Origin: Phototrophicaceae bacterium
Lineage (GTDB): Bacteria; Chloroflexota; Anaerolineae; Aggregatilineales; Phototrophicaceae
Length of the DNA: 64,000 nt
NCBI GenBank assembly: GCA_965223835.1
Contig: CBDCXQ010000001.1
Coordinates: forward strand, 606,845 to 670,844
Direction: 5' to 3'
Positions 18,941 to 28,113 of this stretch are shown piece after piece. A program made the position numbers and the translations under genes. Numbering within the stretch: position 1 is the stretch's first letter; each line of letters begins with the position of its first letter. The notes under the pieces were generated by a model, which saw nothing but the letters and a program-made list of their open reading frames with translations, had not been told where the DNA came from and searched no databases.

Positions 18941-20388
18941 CAACTGCTGGTACGCTCCTGATATTCGCGTTGCCACTGACCAACCGCATCATAGATCGGA
19001 CGGAAGTTCCAGTCTTTGCCGATCATGGAATAGGGGACATTATCATTGCTGGGGTCCCAACCGGCCTGGGGTCCATAATTGAAATTCCAGATGAACGCCA
19101 ACCAGACGGTGCCCCATTCTTCCATGTTATTGAGCGCTTCAATTGTCCAGTCGGCCTGCTCTTCCAGCGTATTGTCATTGGCAAACCCAAAGCCTTCGGG
19201 CGATCCACCCAGATCTTCGGTCACGGCCCAGCCGAATTCTGTGATGCACAATGGCTGGTCTGACCCTGCCAGTTCAATCTTGTTGGCGTAAGTCTGCAGG
19301 GTGCTGTAGAAACTCCAACTGTGATGCGGGTTATCAAATGGCCCCCGGTAGGTAGCGGTTGGGTCGTTCGTCACGTTATTCCAGGGCACGCTGGGGCCGA
19401 TATTATAGCCGTTGTGATGGGCACCCACACAGTCGGCATAGTTCAACATCCCGGCGCTAATCAGGCTGTCAAAATAAACGAAGTCATCAATCGCCGAGAT
19501 GCGTCCGTCGGGTTCGGTCCAACCGCCAGTAGGTGCCAGCGCACCACTAATGATGATGATGCCGGGGTCAACCGCTTTGACAGTTGTCGCCGTCACCCGT
19601 AGCAATTCAACATAATTGGCGGCAATCAGACCCTGCGTAGAGGTCCATTCGCGGTCCAGATTTTGCTCATTCCAGACTTCAACGCCATGAACCATATTGG
19701 GATAACGCTCGACCAGTGCTTTAACGAAATCCGCGTAGATCTGCGGATCAGCCGGGGGGCCGTGCTGGCTGAGGTTAACACCCGGTTCACGTGCCCACTC
19801 TGGCGCTGTGACAATTGACAGCATCACTTTGAGGCCATAATCCGATGCCAGCGGCAGCGAAAGATCCAGCGCGGCCCAATTGTACTGACCCTGTGCGGGT
19901 TCGACATCTTCCCAGCGTACCTGTTGCTTAAACCATTCCAGCCCTAATTTGTCCCGCACTTCCCGCATCCAGAGTTCTTGATTCTCCGGGTCAAGGTCCG
20001 GGCTGACCTGCACCTGGGTGCCGACCTGGAATGTTCGGTTATCGACAGGCAGTGGCGTTGCGAGAATCGGCGCTTCGGTGGGTGCGTCGGTCGGTTCACT
20101 CGCCTGGACCACAGTGGTTGGCTGCGATTGCTGTTCCAGCGTGGCGGTTGCTGGTTGCTGGGGCAACGCCGTCGGGAAGTCGATGGTTGGTAAAGCAGCA
20201 GCCGCAATGGGACTGGCGGGCGGTAAAACCAGATTACCCGTATCGTTGATAGGATTGGGTGGGTTCACCACGCCATACACCATGTAGATGGCAACAAAGG
20301 TACAGGCTCCCATCACCAGCGTGATACCGCTCCAGATTACGGCAAAGGTTCGTACGCGCCGCTTCAGTGTTTGTGGTTGTGTAGCCAT
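18940..20388 (-). CDS. Membrane-anchored clan GH-A-like glycoside hydrolase (paralog 2)
   Basis: ATG 20388 (MATQPQTLKRR) is preceded by AAAGGAGG. A TM anchor and a Pro/Thr/Ala linker follow, then VEVWNEQNLDREW and LCITEFGWAV. Confidence 0.6.
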   Translation of the reverse strand: MATQPQTLKRRVRTFAVIWSGITLVMGACTFVAIYMVYGVVNPPNPINDTGNLVLPPASPIAAAALPTIDFPTALPQQPATATLEQQSQPTTVVQASEPTDAPTEAPILATPLPVDNRTFQVGTQVQVSPDLDPENQELWMREVRDKLGLEWFKQQVRWEDVEPAQGQYNWAALDLSLPLASDYGLKVMLSIVTAPEWAREPGVNLSQHGPPADPQIYADFVKALVERYPNMVHGVEVWNEQNLDREWTSTQGLIAANYVELLRVTATTVKAVDPGIIIISGALAPTGGWTEPDGRISAIDDFVYFDSLISAGMLNYADCVGAHHNGYNIGPSVPWNNVTNDPTATYRGPFDNPHHSWSFYSTLQTYANKIELAGSDQPLCITEFGWAVTEDLGGSPEGFGFANDNTLEEQADWTIEALNNMEEWGTVWLAFIWNFNYGPQAGWDPSNDNVPYSMIGKDWNFRPIYDAVGQWQREYQERTSS

Positions 20389-20398
20389 AGTGCCTCCT

Positions 20399-23347
20399 TT
20401 AGCGTGCCCGGGCCATCGCGTCACAGGCCGGGCAACTGCCATCGGCCCGGATCATGGCGTAGCCCGCCTGCGGGTCGCTGCCATAAACGGTGAAATCGAC
20501 ATTCCACACGATCAGCAGGCGCACCCGCCCGCTTTGCGATGCCAGCGCAGCTGCTTCGGCCAGCCAGGCCGCATGTTGATCGAGCGTGACATTTTGTGCC
20601 CACGCAAAGAATCCCGGCAGCGGGGGATAACCGGCTGAGGTCAGGAAACCCAACTCGGTAAAGCAGATGGGCTTTTGACCACCAATGAGGTTCCAATAGG
20701 TATCCAGCATCCCATAGAAATAGCGCGTGTAATACCCGTCGCGGGGATCACCGCTGCGCTGGCTGGGACCGACGATGCCTTCGTTATAGTGCGCACCGAG
20801 ACAATCCATTGATTGCAGGCCACCAGCATCCACCATCTGCCGAATCCAGTTGTCATCGTTGACCACCTGGCCGGGGAATGCAGCTTCAGCACCGGTGGGG
20901 GCCGGGGCACCACTAATAACCATTACGGAGCCGTTCGTGCCTTTGATGGCGCTGTAGGCCCGACGCAGCATGTCGGCATACATGGTCCCGCTGATCTGGC
21001 CGCGCGGCCATTCGCGGTCAATATTGGGTTCGTTCCAGACTTCAATCGCATCCGGCCCCTGACCAGCGACACCACCCAGAAAGGCGGCATATTGATCCAT
21101 GTAACCGGTGCCACCGGATCCCAGCTCATTGGGACTGCCGACGACCGCCAGCAAGATTTTGAAGCCGCGCGATTTAGCATTCTGGATGGGACCTGCAACC
21201 GAACCAGGGTCCATCCCAACCGAATAGCGAATCTGCACCTTCATCCAGTTCATGCCAGCCCGTTGCATTGCGCCTGCTGCCCGATCACTGGATGTGCTGG
21301 TCACATGCCCACCATACTCGAAATTGCCAACGGCGATGCTCCCCGCACCAGGGGCTACTGCGGGGGCGCCACCCCCGCCACTGCTCTGGGGGGCGGCGGC
21401 GACCACGGGCGCAGCGGTTGCGGTCGGCGTTGGACTCGGTGTCGGTGTGGCAGTGGGTAAGGGCGTCGGGGTCGGCGTCGCGGCGAACAGGGCGACGGCC
21501 ACGCCACTGCGCGGAATCTCTGCTGCTGCGCCCACCACATCGACATTCACCGCGTAATTGCCATCGGGCGCATCCAGCGTCACCACCAGTTTGGCGTTGA
21601 GGTCGGTAACGGCCTCGCTCACCACTTCATTGGCACTTTCAATGCGCCAGCGCAGTGCCAGGCTTTGCTCCATCGGCACGGCGGGAATCTGTAATTTGTA
21701 GTTGAGAATCGTCGGTAGAATATCGCCTGCAAGATCGGAAGCCAGCAGGTCATTGAAGGCCACCCCACCCAGCGCGAACGGTAGGGTCCGGTCCATGCGG
21801 AAACGCAGGGCTTCGCCAGTCGTTAGCCAGATCGTGGCAACGGATTCGTCCGCAGCGTTGCGATATTCCAGGAACGGTGCCTGGATGGTTGTATCAAAAT
21901 CGGCAACCGCACCATACCCATCGAGCGCGACCTCGATCTCGGAACCGGGCAAGATCGTCCCGACCTCGGTTGTATCCGCTGAGATGGTGACATCGCCCAG
22001 GCCCGATAGTGATTCGGCAAAGCCGACTGCTGTGAATACGCCCTCTGCCTCCCGTTGTGAGCGGGCACTCAGGCCAATTAAGAGTTTGTGGCGGTCAACC
22101 TCACCCACCGCCCAGCGTAGCATCGCTTCCACCAGTTGATTGTCGCCGGGGGCAAAGGTCTGCGGGTTGGGGCCAAGATTGACCTGGAGGATGTCGGCGG
22201 CGGCTCCCAGGGTGCGCCAATCATAAGCGCCGGTCTCCCAGATGCCAGCAACATTATCAGCAGCGGGCACGACCACGCCCAATTGCAAGCCCAGGTTATC
22301 GAGAGCGGTACCCAGTTCGCTGATAAAAGCGCTGTATTGTTCGCGTAATTCTACCGGCACTTCGCGATAGTCAATGATGAGACCATCGTAACCAGTGCTG
22401 GCGAAGGAAGCCAGTTGGGTAACGTGTTCGCTGCGAACGGTACTGTTTGCCAGAATTGCTGAAACGGTATCCGGGTCCAGCGCGCGCGGGTCAGTGAAGT
22501 TGCGGACAATTGGTGTCAGCAAGTAACCCTCATTCTGATCGAAGCCGGCGGCCAGACTGCCCGTCAGCGCGCCTTGCACAGTGGGTTGCAAACCCGCTGG
22601 AGCGACGATGGTCGCCAGTTGCGCGACATCGGGGGAGAGCGTTTGCACCACATCATAGGCTACCAGCACCGTCGGCTGTGAGGGTGGTGCGACCTGAAAT
22701 AAGCCAATGCGGTCGGGCAGGTCGGCAATCGTTGTTTCGAAACTTCCCGCGCTACCTGGCTGGGTGGGCAAGAACTGCCAGGTGCCGGCGGCTGCGTCCC
22801 AGCCATACAATGAGAGCAGGTCCGGGCTGCCGACATTGGGCGGAACCGCTACCTCTAGCTTGACTGCCTGGGGCAAAGAGCCGCTGGTGCGAATGGAGTA
22901 GATCGGGCTTTGCAGCGCCAGTTGGGGCGGAATCGCTGCCCGCAGCGTTGTGATCTGGTCGGCTGCGGTGTTGCCACTCAGGAAATCATTGAACGATATT
23001 GACTCCAATGCTACTTCAAAGTTGTCGCCGTTAGCCGGTGGCTCGACCATCACCAGGGTGAGGCCCCCATCGGCAATCGCATTGGCTTCGGCAGTCAGGG
23101 TCGCATATTGCACCCCAAACAGGCGGTTCCACAAATCAACCGGGGGTAAAAACAGCCCAACCACCACCAGTACACCGGCGACAAATAGCGTGAGCAGGGC
23201 GGGCAACCAGCACCCACACCCGCTGCCACGTCGCGTGGTTGGTGGCGTTTCATCCGGTACATTCGGATCAATTTCTTGCTCGTAGGGGACCGGTTTCACC
23301 GCTGGCCTGGATTGGGCATCTTCACGAGCGGGAGGAGTCTCTGACAT
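20399..23347 (-). CDS. 982-aa envelope protein: TM anchor, weak GH18-like central region, PT-rich linker, C-terminal clan GH-A-like domain (paralog 3)
   Basis: TM segment WLPALLTLFVAGVLVVVGLFL. YDGLIIDYREVP weakly resembles the GH18 DGxDxDxE motif. The linker is TPTPTPLPTATPTPSPTPTATAAP. The C-terminal domain carries IEVWNEPNIDREWP and ICFTELGFL, and the protein ends in GYAMIRADGSCPACDAMA. Confidence 0.6.
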   Translation of the reverse strand: MSETPPAREDAQSRPAVKPVPYEQEIDPNVPDETPPTTRRGSGCGCWLPALLTLFVAGVLVVVGLFLPPVDLWNRLFGVQYATLTAEANAIADGGLTLVMVEPPANGDNFEVALESISFNDFLSGNTAADQITTLRAAIPPQLALQSPIYSIRTSGSLPQAVKLEVAVPPNVGSPDLLSLYGWDAAAGTWQFLPTQPGSAGSFETTIADLPDRIGLFQVAPPSQPTVLVAYDVVQTLSPDVAQLATIVAPAGLQPTVQGALTGSLAAGFDQNEGYLLTPIVRNFTDPRALDPDTVSAILANSTVRSEHVTQLASFASTGYDGLIIDYREVPVELREQYSAFISELGTALDNLGLQLGVVVPAADNVAGIWETGAYDWRTLGAAADILQVNLGPNPQTFAPGDNQLVEAMLRWAVGEVDRHKLLIGLSARSQREAEGVFTAVGFAESLSGLGDVTISADTTEVGTILPGSEIEVALDGYGAVADFDTTIQAPFLEYRNAADESVATIWLTTGEALRFRMDRTLPFALGGVAFNDLLASDLAGDILPTILNYKLQIPAVPMEQSLALRWRIESANEVVSEAVTDLNAKLVVTLDAPDGNYAVNVDVVGAAAEIPRSGVAVALFAATPTPTPLPTATPTPSPTPTATAAPVVAAAPQSSGGGGAPAVAPGAGSIAVGNFEYGGHVTSTSSDRAAGAMQRAGMNWMKVQIRYSVGMDPGSVAGPIQNAKSRGFKILLAVVGSPNELGSGGTGYMDQYAAFLGGVAGQGPDAIEVWNEPNIDREWPRGQISGTMYADMLRRAYSAIKGTNGSVMVISGAPAPTGAEAAFPGQVVNDDNWIRQMVDAGGLQSMDCLGAHYNEGIVGPSQRSGDPRDGYYTRYFYGMLDTYWNLIGGQKPICFTELGFLTSAGYPPLPGFFAWAQNVTLDQHAAWLAEAAALASQSGRVRLLIVWNVDFTVYGSDPQAGYAMIRADGSCPACDAMARAR

Positions 23348-23423
23348 TCAGTTACCTTAGACCTTCATTGACGTAAACAGGCCGCATTATACTTGGACGG
23401 GTTCGATAATGTGAGGGCGGTTC

Positions 23424-25091
23424 TTACCGCGCCAATGCATCACAGGCCGGGCAACTACCGTCCGGGCGAATCATGGCATAACCGGCCATAGGGTCGCCGC
23501 CATATTCGGTGAAGTCGACATTCCAGATGATGAGCAACCGGACGCGGCCACTCCCCGCAGCCAGCGACACCGCCCGGTCCAACCATGTGGCCTGTTGGGC
23601 TACGGTCACATTCTCGGCCCAGCCAAACGCACCCGGTAATGGCGGGAAGCCTTCGGGCGTCAGGTAGCCAAGTTCGGTAAAACAAAGGGGACGTCGTCCA
23701 CCAATCGCGTTGGTATAGGTGTTCAACATACCCCAGAAATAGCGTGTGTAGTGGCCGCTGTTACCACGAGGATCGCCACTGGTTCGGTTTGGCCCGAGGA
23801 TACCCTCATTGTAATGAATACCCAGACAGTCCATATAATTCGCGGCACCGGCTGCGGCCATCCCCCGGATAAATGCATCATCGTCACAGCCACCACCGTG
23901 ACAACCACCAAAGAAACCGGTGGGTGCCGGGGCACCGCTGACCACGAGCGTATTGGGATTCGCGCCCTTGATGGCGTTGTAGGCGCGGCTCAACAAGGCG
24001 GTATAACCCTGCGGACTGATGCTACCCGCAGGCCATTCGCGGTCGATATTGGGTTCATTCCAGACTTCGATTCCGTCTGCGCCCAGCGCCGCCGCGCCTG
24101 CGACAAAATTGGCATAATCATCATGATAGCCGGGTTGGTTCAATTCATTTGGCAAGCCCACAATGCCGATCAAGATGCGGAAGCCATTGGCATGGGCTTC
24201 GTTAATATAGCCCGCAACGGCGTCGGGTGATTGACCCCTGGCATAACGCCATTGCCGTTTCACCCAGGTCATACGGGCTTGTTGCATTCGCTGGACGGTG
24301 TTTGGCCCCAAATGTGCCACATGCCCGCCATAACTAAAACCCCGAACCGGTGCGGTGTTGACGATGGGTGCCGGCGGCGGATTTGCGGCGGTGTTTGCCG
24401 CGGCATCGGGGGCGGCTGGAGCGGCAGCGGGGTTTGATGCGCCGCCTTCGACCACCGGCAACTGCCCATATTGTTCGCCCGATAGCACGATGTAGTCAAC
24501 CACCACCCAACCACGCGCTCCATCGGCGGTAATCACGCGGACCCAGCTACCATTGGGGTGTTTGCCGTCCACGGTTACCGGTTCGTTGAAGTTCAACCCC
24601 CGAATGACATTGCCATCGGGATTGTCGCGCATCCGCACGCCGTTAGCAACGGTGGTCGCCACACCTCCAGACGGTGCGACAACCGGGGCACTGGCCGCTG
24701 GAGCCGGTGCTGCATTCTCGGCAGGTGCAGGGGCCGCTGGGGCGCTGCCACCGCCCGGTGCGGGCAGGTTAAACGGCTCTTCGACCCAGATGCCGCGCAA
24801 ACCAGCAGCCTGGTCGGGTGTGATGTTGAGATTGGCGGCCAGTACCCAACCGACAGTGCCATCGGGTACGATGCCCCGGACCCATGACCCATCAAATGCC
24901 TGACCGTCCAACCGAATCGGTGTTCCGGCGGGATAGGTTCCCTTGATGTTCCAGTCCACGCCGCCACCTGAACGCAGGTTGGAATTCACACTAAAGGTCG
25001 TCAGTAGATCGCTGCTTTGCCCCAGCGGAGCGGCGGCGGCCACCGTCGTCATCGTCAACAGCACCAATAGAATTATTACAATTCGTTGCAT
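23424..25091 (-). CDS. Secreted 2x SH3b-like domains plus clan GH-A-like domain (paralog 4)
   Basis: Signal peptide MQRIVIILLVLLTMTTVAAAAP. Two SH3b-like repeats (GSWVRGIVPDGTVGWV and GSWVRVITADGARGWV) are separated by Ala/Pro linkers. IEVWNEPNIDREWP, LCFTELGYL and the tail GYAMIRPDGSCPACDALA follow. Confidence 0.65.
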   Translation of the reverse strand: MQRIVIILLVLLTMTTVAAAAPLGQSSDLLTTFSVNSNLRSGGGVDWNIKGTYPAGTPIRLDGQAFDGSWVRGIVPDGTVGWVLAANLNITPDQAAGLRGIWVEEPFNLPAPGGGSAPAAPAPAENAAPAPAASAPVVAPSGGVATTVANGVRMRDNPDGNVIRGLNFNEPVTVDGKHPNGSWVRVITADGARGWVVVDYIVLSGEQYGQLPVVEGGASNPAAAPAAPDAAANTAANPPPAPIVNTAPVRGFSYGGHVAHLGPNTVQRMQQARMTWVKRQWRYARGQSPDAVAGYINEAHANGFRILIGIVGLPNELNQPGYHDDYANFVAGAAALGADGIEVWNEPNIDREWPAGSISPQGYTALLSRAYNAIKGANPNTLVVSGAPAPTGFFGGCHGGGCDDDAFIRGMAAAGAANYMDCLGIHYNEGILGPNRTSGDPRGNSGHYTRYFWGMLNTYTNAIGGRRPLCFTELGYLTPEGFPPLPGAFGWAENVTVAQQATWLDRAVSLAAGSGRVRLLIIWNVDFTEYGGDPMAGYAMIRPDGSCPACDALAR

Positions 25092-25177
25092 TATGTTCCC
25101 CTAAGACAAGAGCGCACAACACAAAACATAACCGCTTTGCCTGTGCGCCCCCATTCAATTTTCCCGAAATCGGCGGC

Positions 25178-25206
25178 ATTTTAGCAAAACCCGGTCGGTT
25201 TCGCAA
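25178..25206 (-). promoter_or_regulatory. Candidate sigma70-type promoter for the SH3b/GH-A gene array
   Basis: On the minus strand: TTGCGA (25206-25201), 17-nt spacer, TAAAAT (25183-25178). The predicted 5' UTR is about 80 nt. Confidence 0.4.
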
Positions 25207-25469
25207 CCAGCGTATCAATCGAGTTTGTTCGGCTTTAGGTACAATGAGTTGCCAGCGTGTTTGCACGGATAGCATACACAGGTCGCGTAAATTCATCTTT
25301 AGATTCCGCTGTGAACGCGGTAAACTGCTAGACATGAATCAGGCAGGTCTAAGCAATGTTGATATTGATGGCATTAATGAGCGCAGATCTCTGCGCTAAT
25401 GGTAGGCTGCTGAACCTCATGGAGACGCCGGGATGAACTTCAACCAGATTGGCAGCCACAGGAAATAAT

Positions 25470-26240
25470 ATGATGCCGGGATTTTATGCGACGATCGCGC
25501 GTTATTATGACGCAGAACACACCGACAAGACTGATGATTTAGTCCTCTATAGCGACCTGGCCGAGACGTATGGTGGACCCATTTTCGAAGTGGGCTGCGG
25601 GACCGGGCGCGTGATGCTGCATCTGGCCCAGGCCGGTTATGAGATTCATGGCATTGACAGCGAGATTGCCATGCTGGACATCGCTCGTATGAAATTGGAT
25701 ATGTTCGCTCACGTGCGGGATAAGCTCAAATTTTATCATGGTGATGTGCTGACGTATGATCTGGACAAACAGTTCAAGCTGGTGCTGCTGTCATATAACA
25801 GTTTGATGCACTTTCATGAACAGGCCGATCAATTGACCCTGTTGCGCCAATTACGCGGCTGGACAGCAACTGATGGGCTGTTAGTGATTGATCTCCCCAA
25901 CGCTGGCGAGGCCTTCGCTGCACCGGACAATGACAACATCTCGCTGGAACGCACTTTTATCGAGAACGAGACCGGGCATCTGGTGATGCAGCAAGCCACC
26001 AGTTATCTGGACCGCGTGGAACAACTCATGCATGTCAACTGGATTTATGATGAAGTCGATGGTGATGGCGGGGTCTCACGCACGCTGGCACCGGTGATTT
26101 TTCGCTATTTTTTCTATGCCGAAGTGAAGTTGCTCCTGCAACAGAGCGGCTTCAAGGTCCAGGCCGTGTACGGTGATACTGAGCGCGGGCCGTTCGAAGA
26201 TGGCTGCGAACGCATGATTATCTGCGCGGAGCCGGTTTGA
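25470..26240 (+). CDS. Class I SAM-dependent methyltransferase
   Basis: The IFEVGCGTGRVMLHLA glycine-rich SAM motif is present. ATG 25470 has AGGA 7 nt upstream. Confidence 0.75.
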   Translation: MMPGFYATIARYYDAEHTDKTDDLVLYSDLAETYGGPIFEVGCGTGRVMLHLAQAGYEIHGIDSEIAMLDIARMKLDMFAHVRDKLKFYHGDVLTYDLDKQFKLVLLSYNSLMHFHEQADQLTLLRQLRGWTATDGLLVIDLPNAGEAFAAPDNDNISLERTFIENETGHLVMQQATSYLDRVEQLMHVNWIYDEVDGDGGVSRTLAPVIFRYFFYAEVKLLLQQSGFKVQAVYGDTERGPFEDGCERMIICAEPV

Positions 26241-27082
26241 GGAACCCCTTTTTAATCGGTTTCCCACACTGCTTGGTCGCGCTGCTCATTACCGCCTGCA
26301 CACCGGCTGTAGCCCCCACAATGACGCCAACCTACCAGCTCAGTGGCCCGACGATTGCGCCCACTGCACCCCTGTTTATAGGTCCACCTACTGAAGGCCC
26401 ACCACCCCAAACGGGCAGTGTAGGTATCAGTGATCCGACTGCTGCCGCCCAACCGCGAGATGGTGTGTTGCCACCCCTGGCAGTGGGTTCGGTTGATGCG
26501 ACTCATCAGGAAATTGAAATTACCGCTGCTGATGGCGCATTGCTCGTCGGCAATCTCTATCAACAAGGCAGTGAACGTCGCCCCGGCGTGCTGCTGCTGG
26601 GGCCAGATCGTTTGTCATGGGGTGAGTTCCCGGCGGCGCTGAATGCGGCGGGCTTCACGGTGCTGGTGATGCCGGTACGCGATGGCACTTTCATTAGCGA
26701 TGCGACGGTGATGATCGAAACCCTGACAAGTGGCATTGCCGATCCAGCACGCATAGGCGCGGTCGGTGCGGCAGAGGGGGCTGATTTAGTCTTGCAAGCG
26801 TGTGCCGAGTTACGGGTGTGCGATACGGTCGTGCTGCTCAGTCCACTGGCAGAATTGGCCCTGCTGGATGCCCTGCCGCGTTACAATCCACGCTCATTAT
26901 TCATCATTGTGAGCCAGAACGACGAGCAAGCCTTCGTCACGGCGCGGTCCATCAGTGAAGCGGCTACGGGCGAAAAAGCATTCGAGTTTCCCGAAAATGC
27001 CGGACGTGGCACCGCCATGCTCAATGCCCAACCCGACCTCGCTGCGCAGGTCATCAAGTGGTTGCAGGCGCATCTGGTTTAG
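26237..27082 (+). CDS. Lipoprotein with alpha/beta-hydrolase (dienelactone-hydrolase-like) fold; nucleophile Ser apparently replaced
   Basis: Lipobox LVALLITAC. GVLLLGPD and IGAVGAAEGADLVL sit where GxSxG is expected. TTG start overlaps the upstream stop (TTGA). Confidence 0.45.
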   Translation: MRNPFLIGFPHCLVALLITACTPAVAPTMTPTYQLSGPTIAPTAPLFIGPPTEGPPPQTGSVGISDPTAAAQPRDGVLPPLAVGSVDATHQEIEITAADGALLVGNLYQQGSERRPGVLLLGPDRLSWGEFPAALNAAGFTVLVMPVRDGTFISDATVMIETLTSGIADPARIGAVGAAEGADLVLQACAELRVCDTVVLLSPLAELALLDALPRYNPRSLFIIVSQNDEQAFVTARSISEAATGEKAFEFPENAGRGTAMLNAQPDLAAQVIKWLQAHLV

Positions 27083-27339
27083 GCCGATTCCACAGTGACA
27101 CGAACATTGCCACCCAGCTTGCTCATAAATTCTGAGAGAATATCCCATGTCAACGGAAAGCCCCGCGTATCGGCGGCACCCAGATACATCAGCACGTCCA
27201 TCATCAAATCGACATCTTCATAATGGGGAATATCTGGCTCAATGAGCGCATTTTCAGCCCAGTCAACCAGATCAACCAATGTAATCTGATGATTTAGGTA
27301 GGCATTAAGTCTTTCAAGAATCACCTGACGGGTTATCAC
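27079..27339 (-). CDS. Small acidic hypothetical protein (86 aa), downstream partner of the DUF2283 gene
   Basis: Clean ORF 3 nt downstream of the DUF2283 gene on the same strand. No family recognised. Confidence 0.45.
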   Translation of the reverse strand: MITRQVILERLNAYLNHQITLVDLVDWAENALIEPDIPHYEDVDLMMDVLMYLGAADTRGFPLTWDILSEFMSKLGGNVRVTVESA

Positions 27340-27342
27340 GAT

Positions 27343-27582
27343 CTATTCATGCGTGAGTTCATGTAAGTCAATGCCTACCGGCAACGATTGTGTCGCTGTG
27401 ATTTCGCCGAATCTTGAAGAGAGGTTCATAATCGTTAAGCCAACGAGATCATCGGTTTGCGGATCGACTCGTAGTAACACATCATCGCCGACTTCGCGTG
27501 AGATGGCCCGTTGAGGTTTCCCGATTGAGAGATACAATACATCTGATTCTCGATCATAGAAAAGTTCTGCCTTTTTTGCCAT
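27343..27582 (-). CDS. DUF2283-family small protein
   Basis: MAKKAELFYDRESDVLYLSIGKP...VLLRVDPQTDDLVGLTIMNLS matches the DUF2283 pattern (YD.e.D.lyi ... G.ivGiei). Confidence 0.6.
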   Translation of the reverse strand: MAKKAELFYDRESDVLYLSIGKPQRAISREVGDDVLLRVDPQTDDLVGLTIMNLSSRFGEITATQSLPVGIDLHELTHE

Positions 27583-27638
27583 GTCACCGTTCTCGATTAT
27601 GATATTTTGCTGAATTGCTGTCGACTGAAAGCTGATGG

Positions 27639-28055
27639 CTATTTATCCATCAGTTCAACCAGCGCCTGATACTCATCCTCGCTCAACGGTCGCCATGATT
27701 CGCCCATACGCGGGTACTTCTCCACGTCCAGAATCTCGCGTACCTTCTCCATTGGCACCGGAGTCACGGATGCGCGATTTCGCACCACCTTGACAGGAAT
27801 CACGGCGTCGTGTTGTTCATCTTCGACCCGGACTTTGGCACCATCCTCGAACGTGCCGGTTACTTCCACCTCACCGACGATTGACTTGGTGCCCTTCGCT
27901 TTGGAGCCTTTGGGCTTGCCGGTCGTCTCGTAAAGCAACATCCGCGTACCCGCCGGGAGTTCGTCCGCCCACTTTTTGGCGGCGCGATTGCTGAAGCCAA
28001 TGGTCGGGTCGTCGTTCCAGCCCGCCCACACCAGTTTGATACCATAGGTTGTCAT
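27639..28055 (-). CDS. Hypothetical protein, possibly PUA-like (EVE/ASCH-like) beta-barrel
   Basis: GTRMLLYETTGKPKGSKAKGTKSIVGEVEVTG resembles EVE/ASCH cores. This is weak pattern recognition only. Confidence 0.3.
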   Translation of the reverse strand: MTTYGIKLVWAGWNDDPTIGFSNRAAKKWADELPAGTRMLLYETTGKPKGSKAKGTKSIVGEVEVTGTFEDGAKVRVEDEQHDAVIPVKVVRNRASVTPVPMEKVREILDVEKYPRMGESWRPLSEDEYQALVELMDK

Positions 28056-28113
28056 TGGTTACTCCTGTTAATGACCGTATCTTTGCGTTGGATCGTTTTA
28101 GCGTTGGGTATTT

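Noticed and set aside
18940-20388. NEQ instead of NEP in the acid/base motif of hydrolase paralog 2, considered as a sign of inactivation
   Set aside because: The Glu itself is retained and the nucleophile-type motif ITEFG is intact, so there is not enough evidence to call it a pseudo-enzyme.
21390-21480. Short-period DNA repeat (GGTGTCGG/GGCGTCGG-like units); similar Ala/Pro-rich stretches at 24350-24440 and 24650-24760
   Set aside because: These are coding low-complexity Pro/Thr/Ala interdomain linkers of the hydrolase genes. They are not a non-coding repeat or CRISPR-like array.
25092-25448. Possible riboswitch (c-di-AMP ydaO-type or c-di-GMP) upstream of the SH3b/GH gene, as is often seen for wall hydrolases
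   Set aside because: I reverse-complemented the region and looked for the conserved ydaO and GEMM cores, but could not find them. Only a promoter and a modest hairpin are supported. An Infernal scan would settle this.
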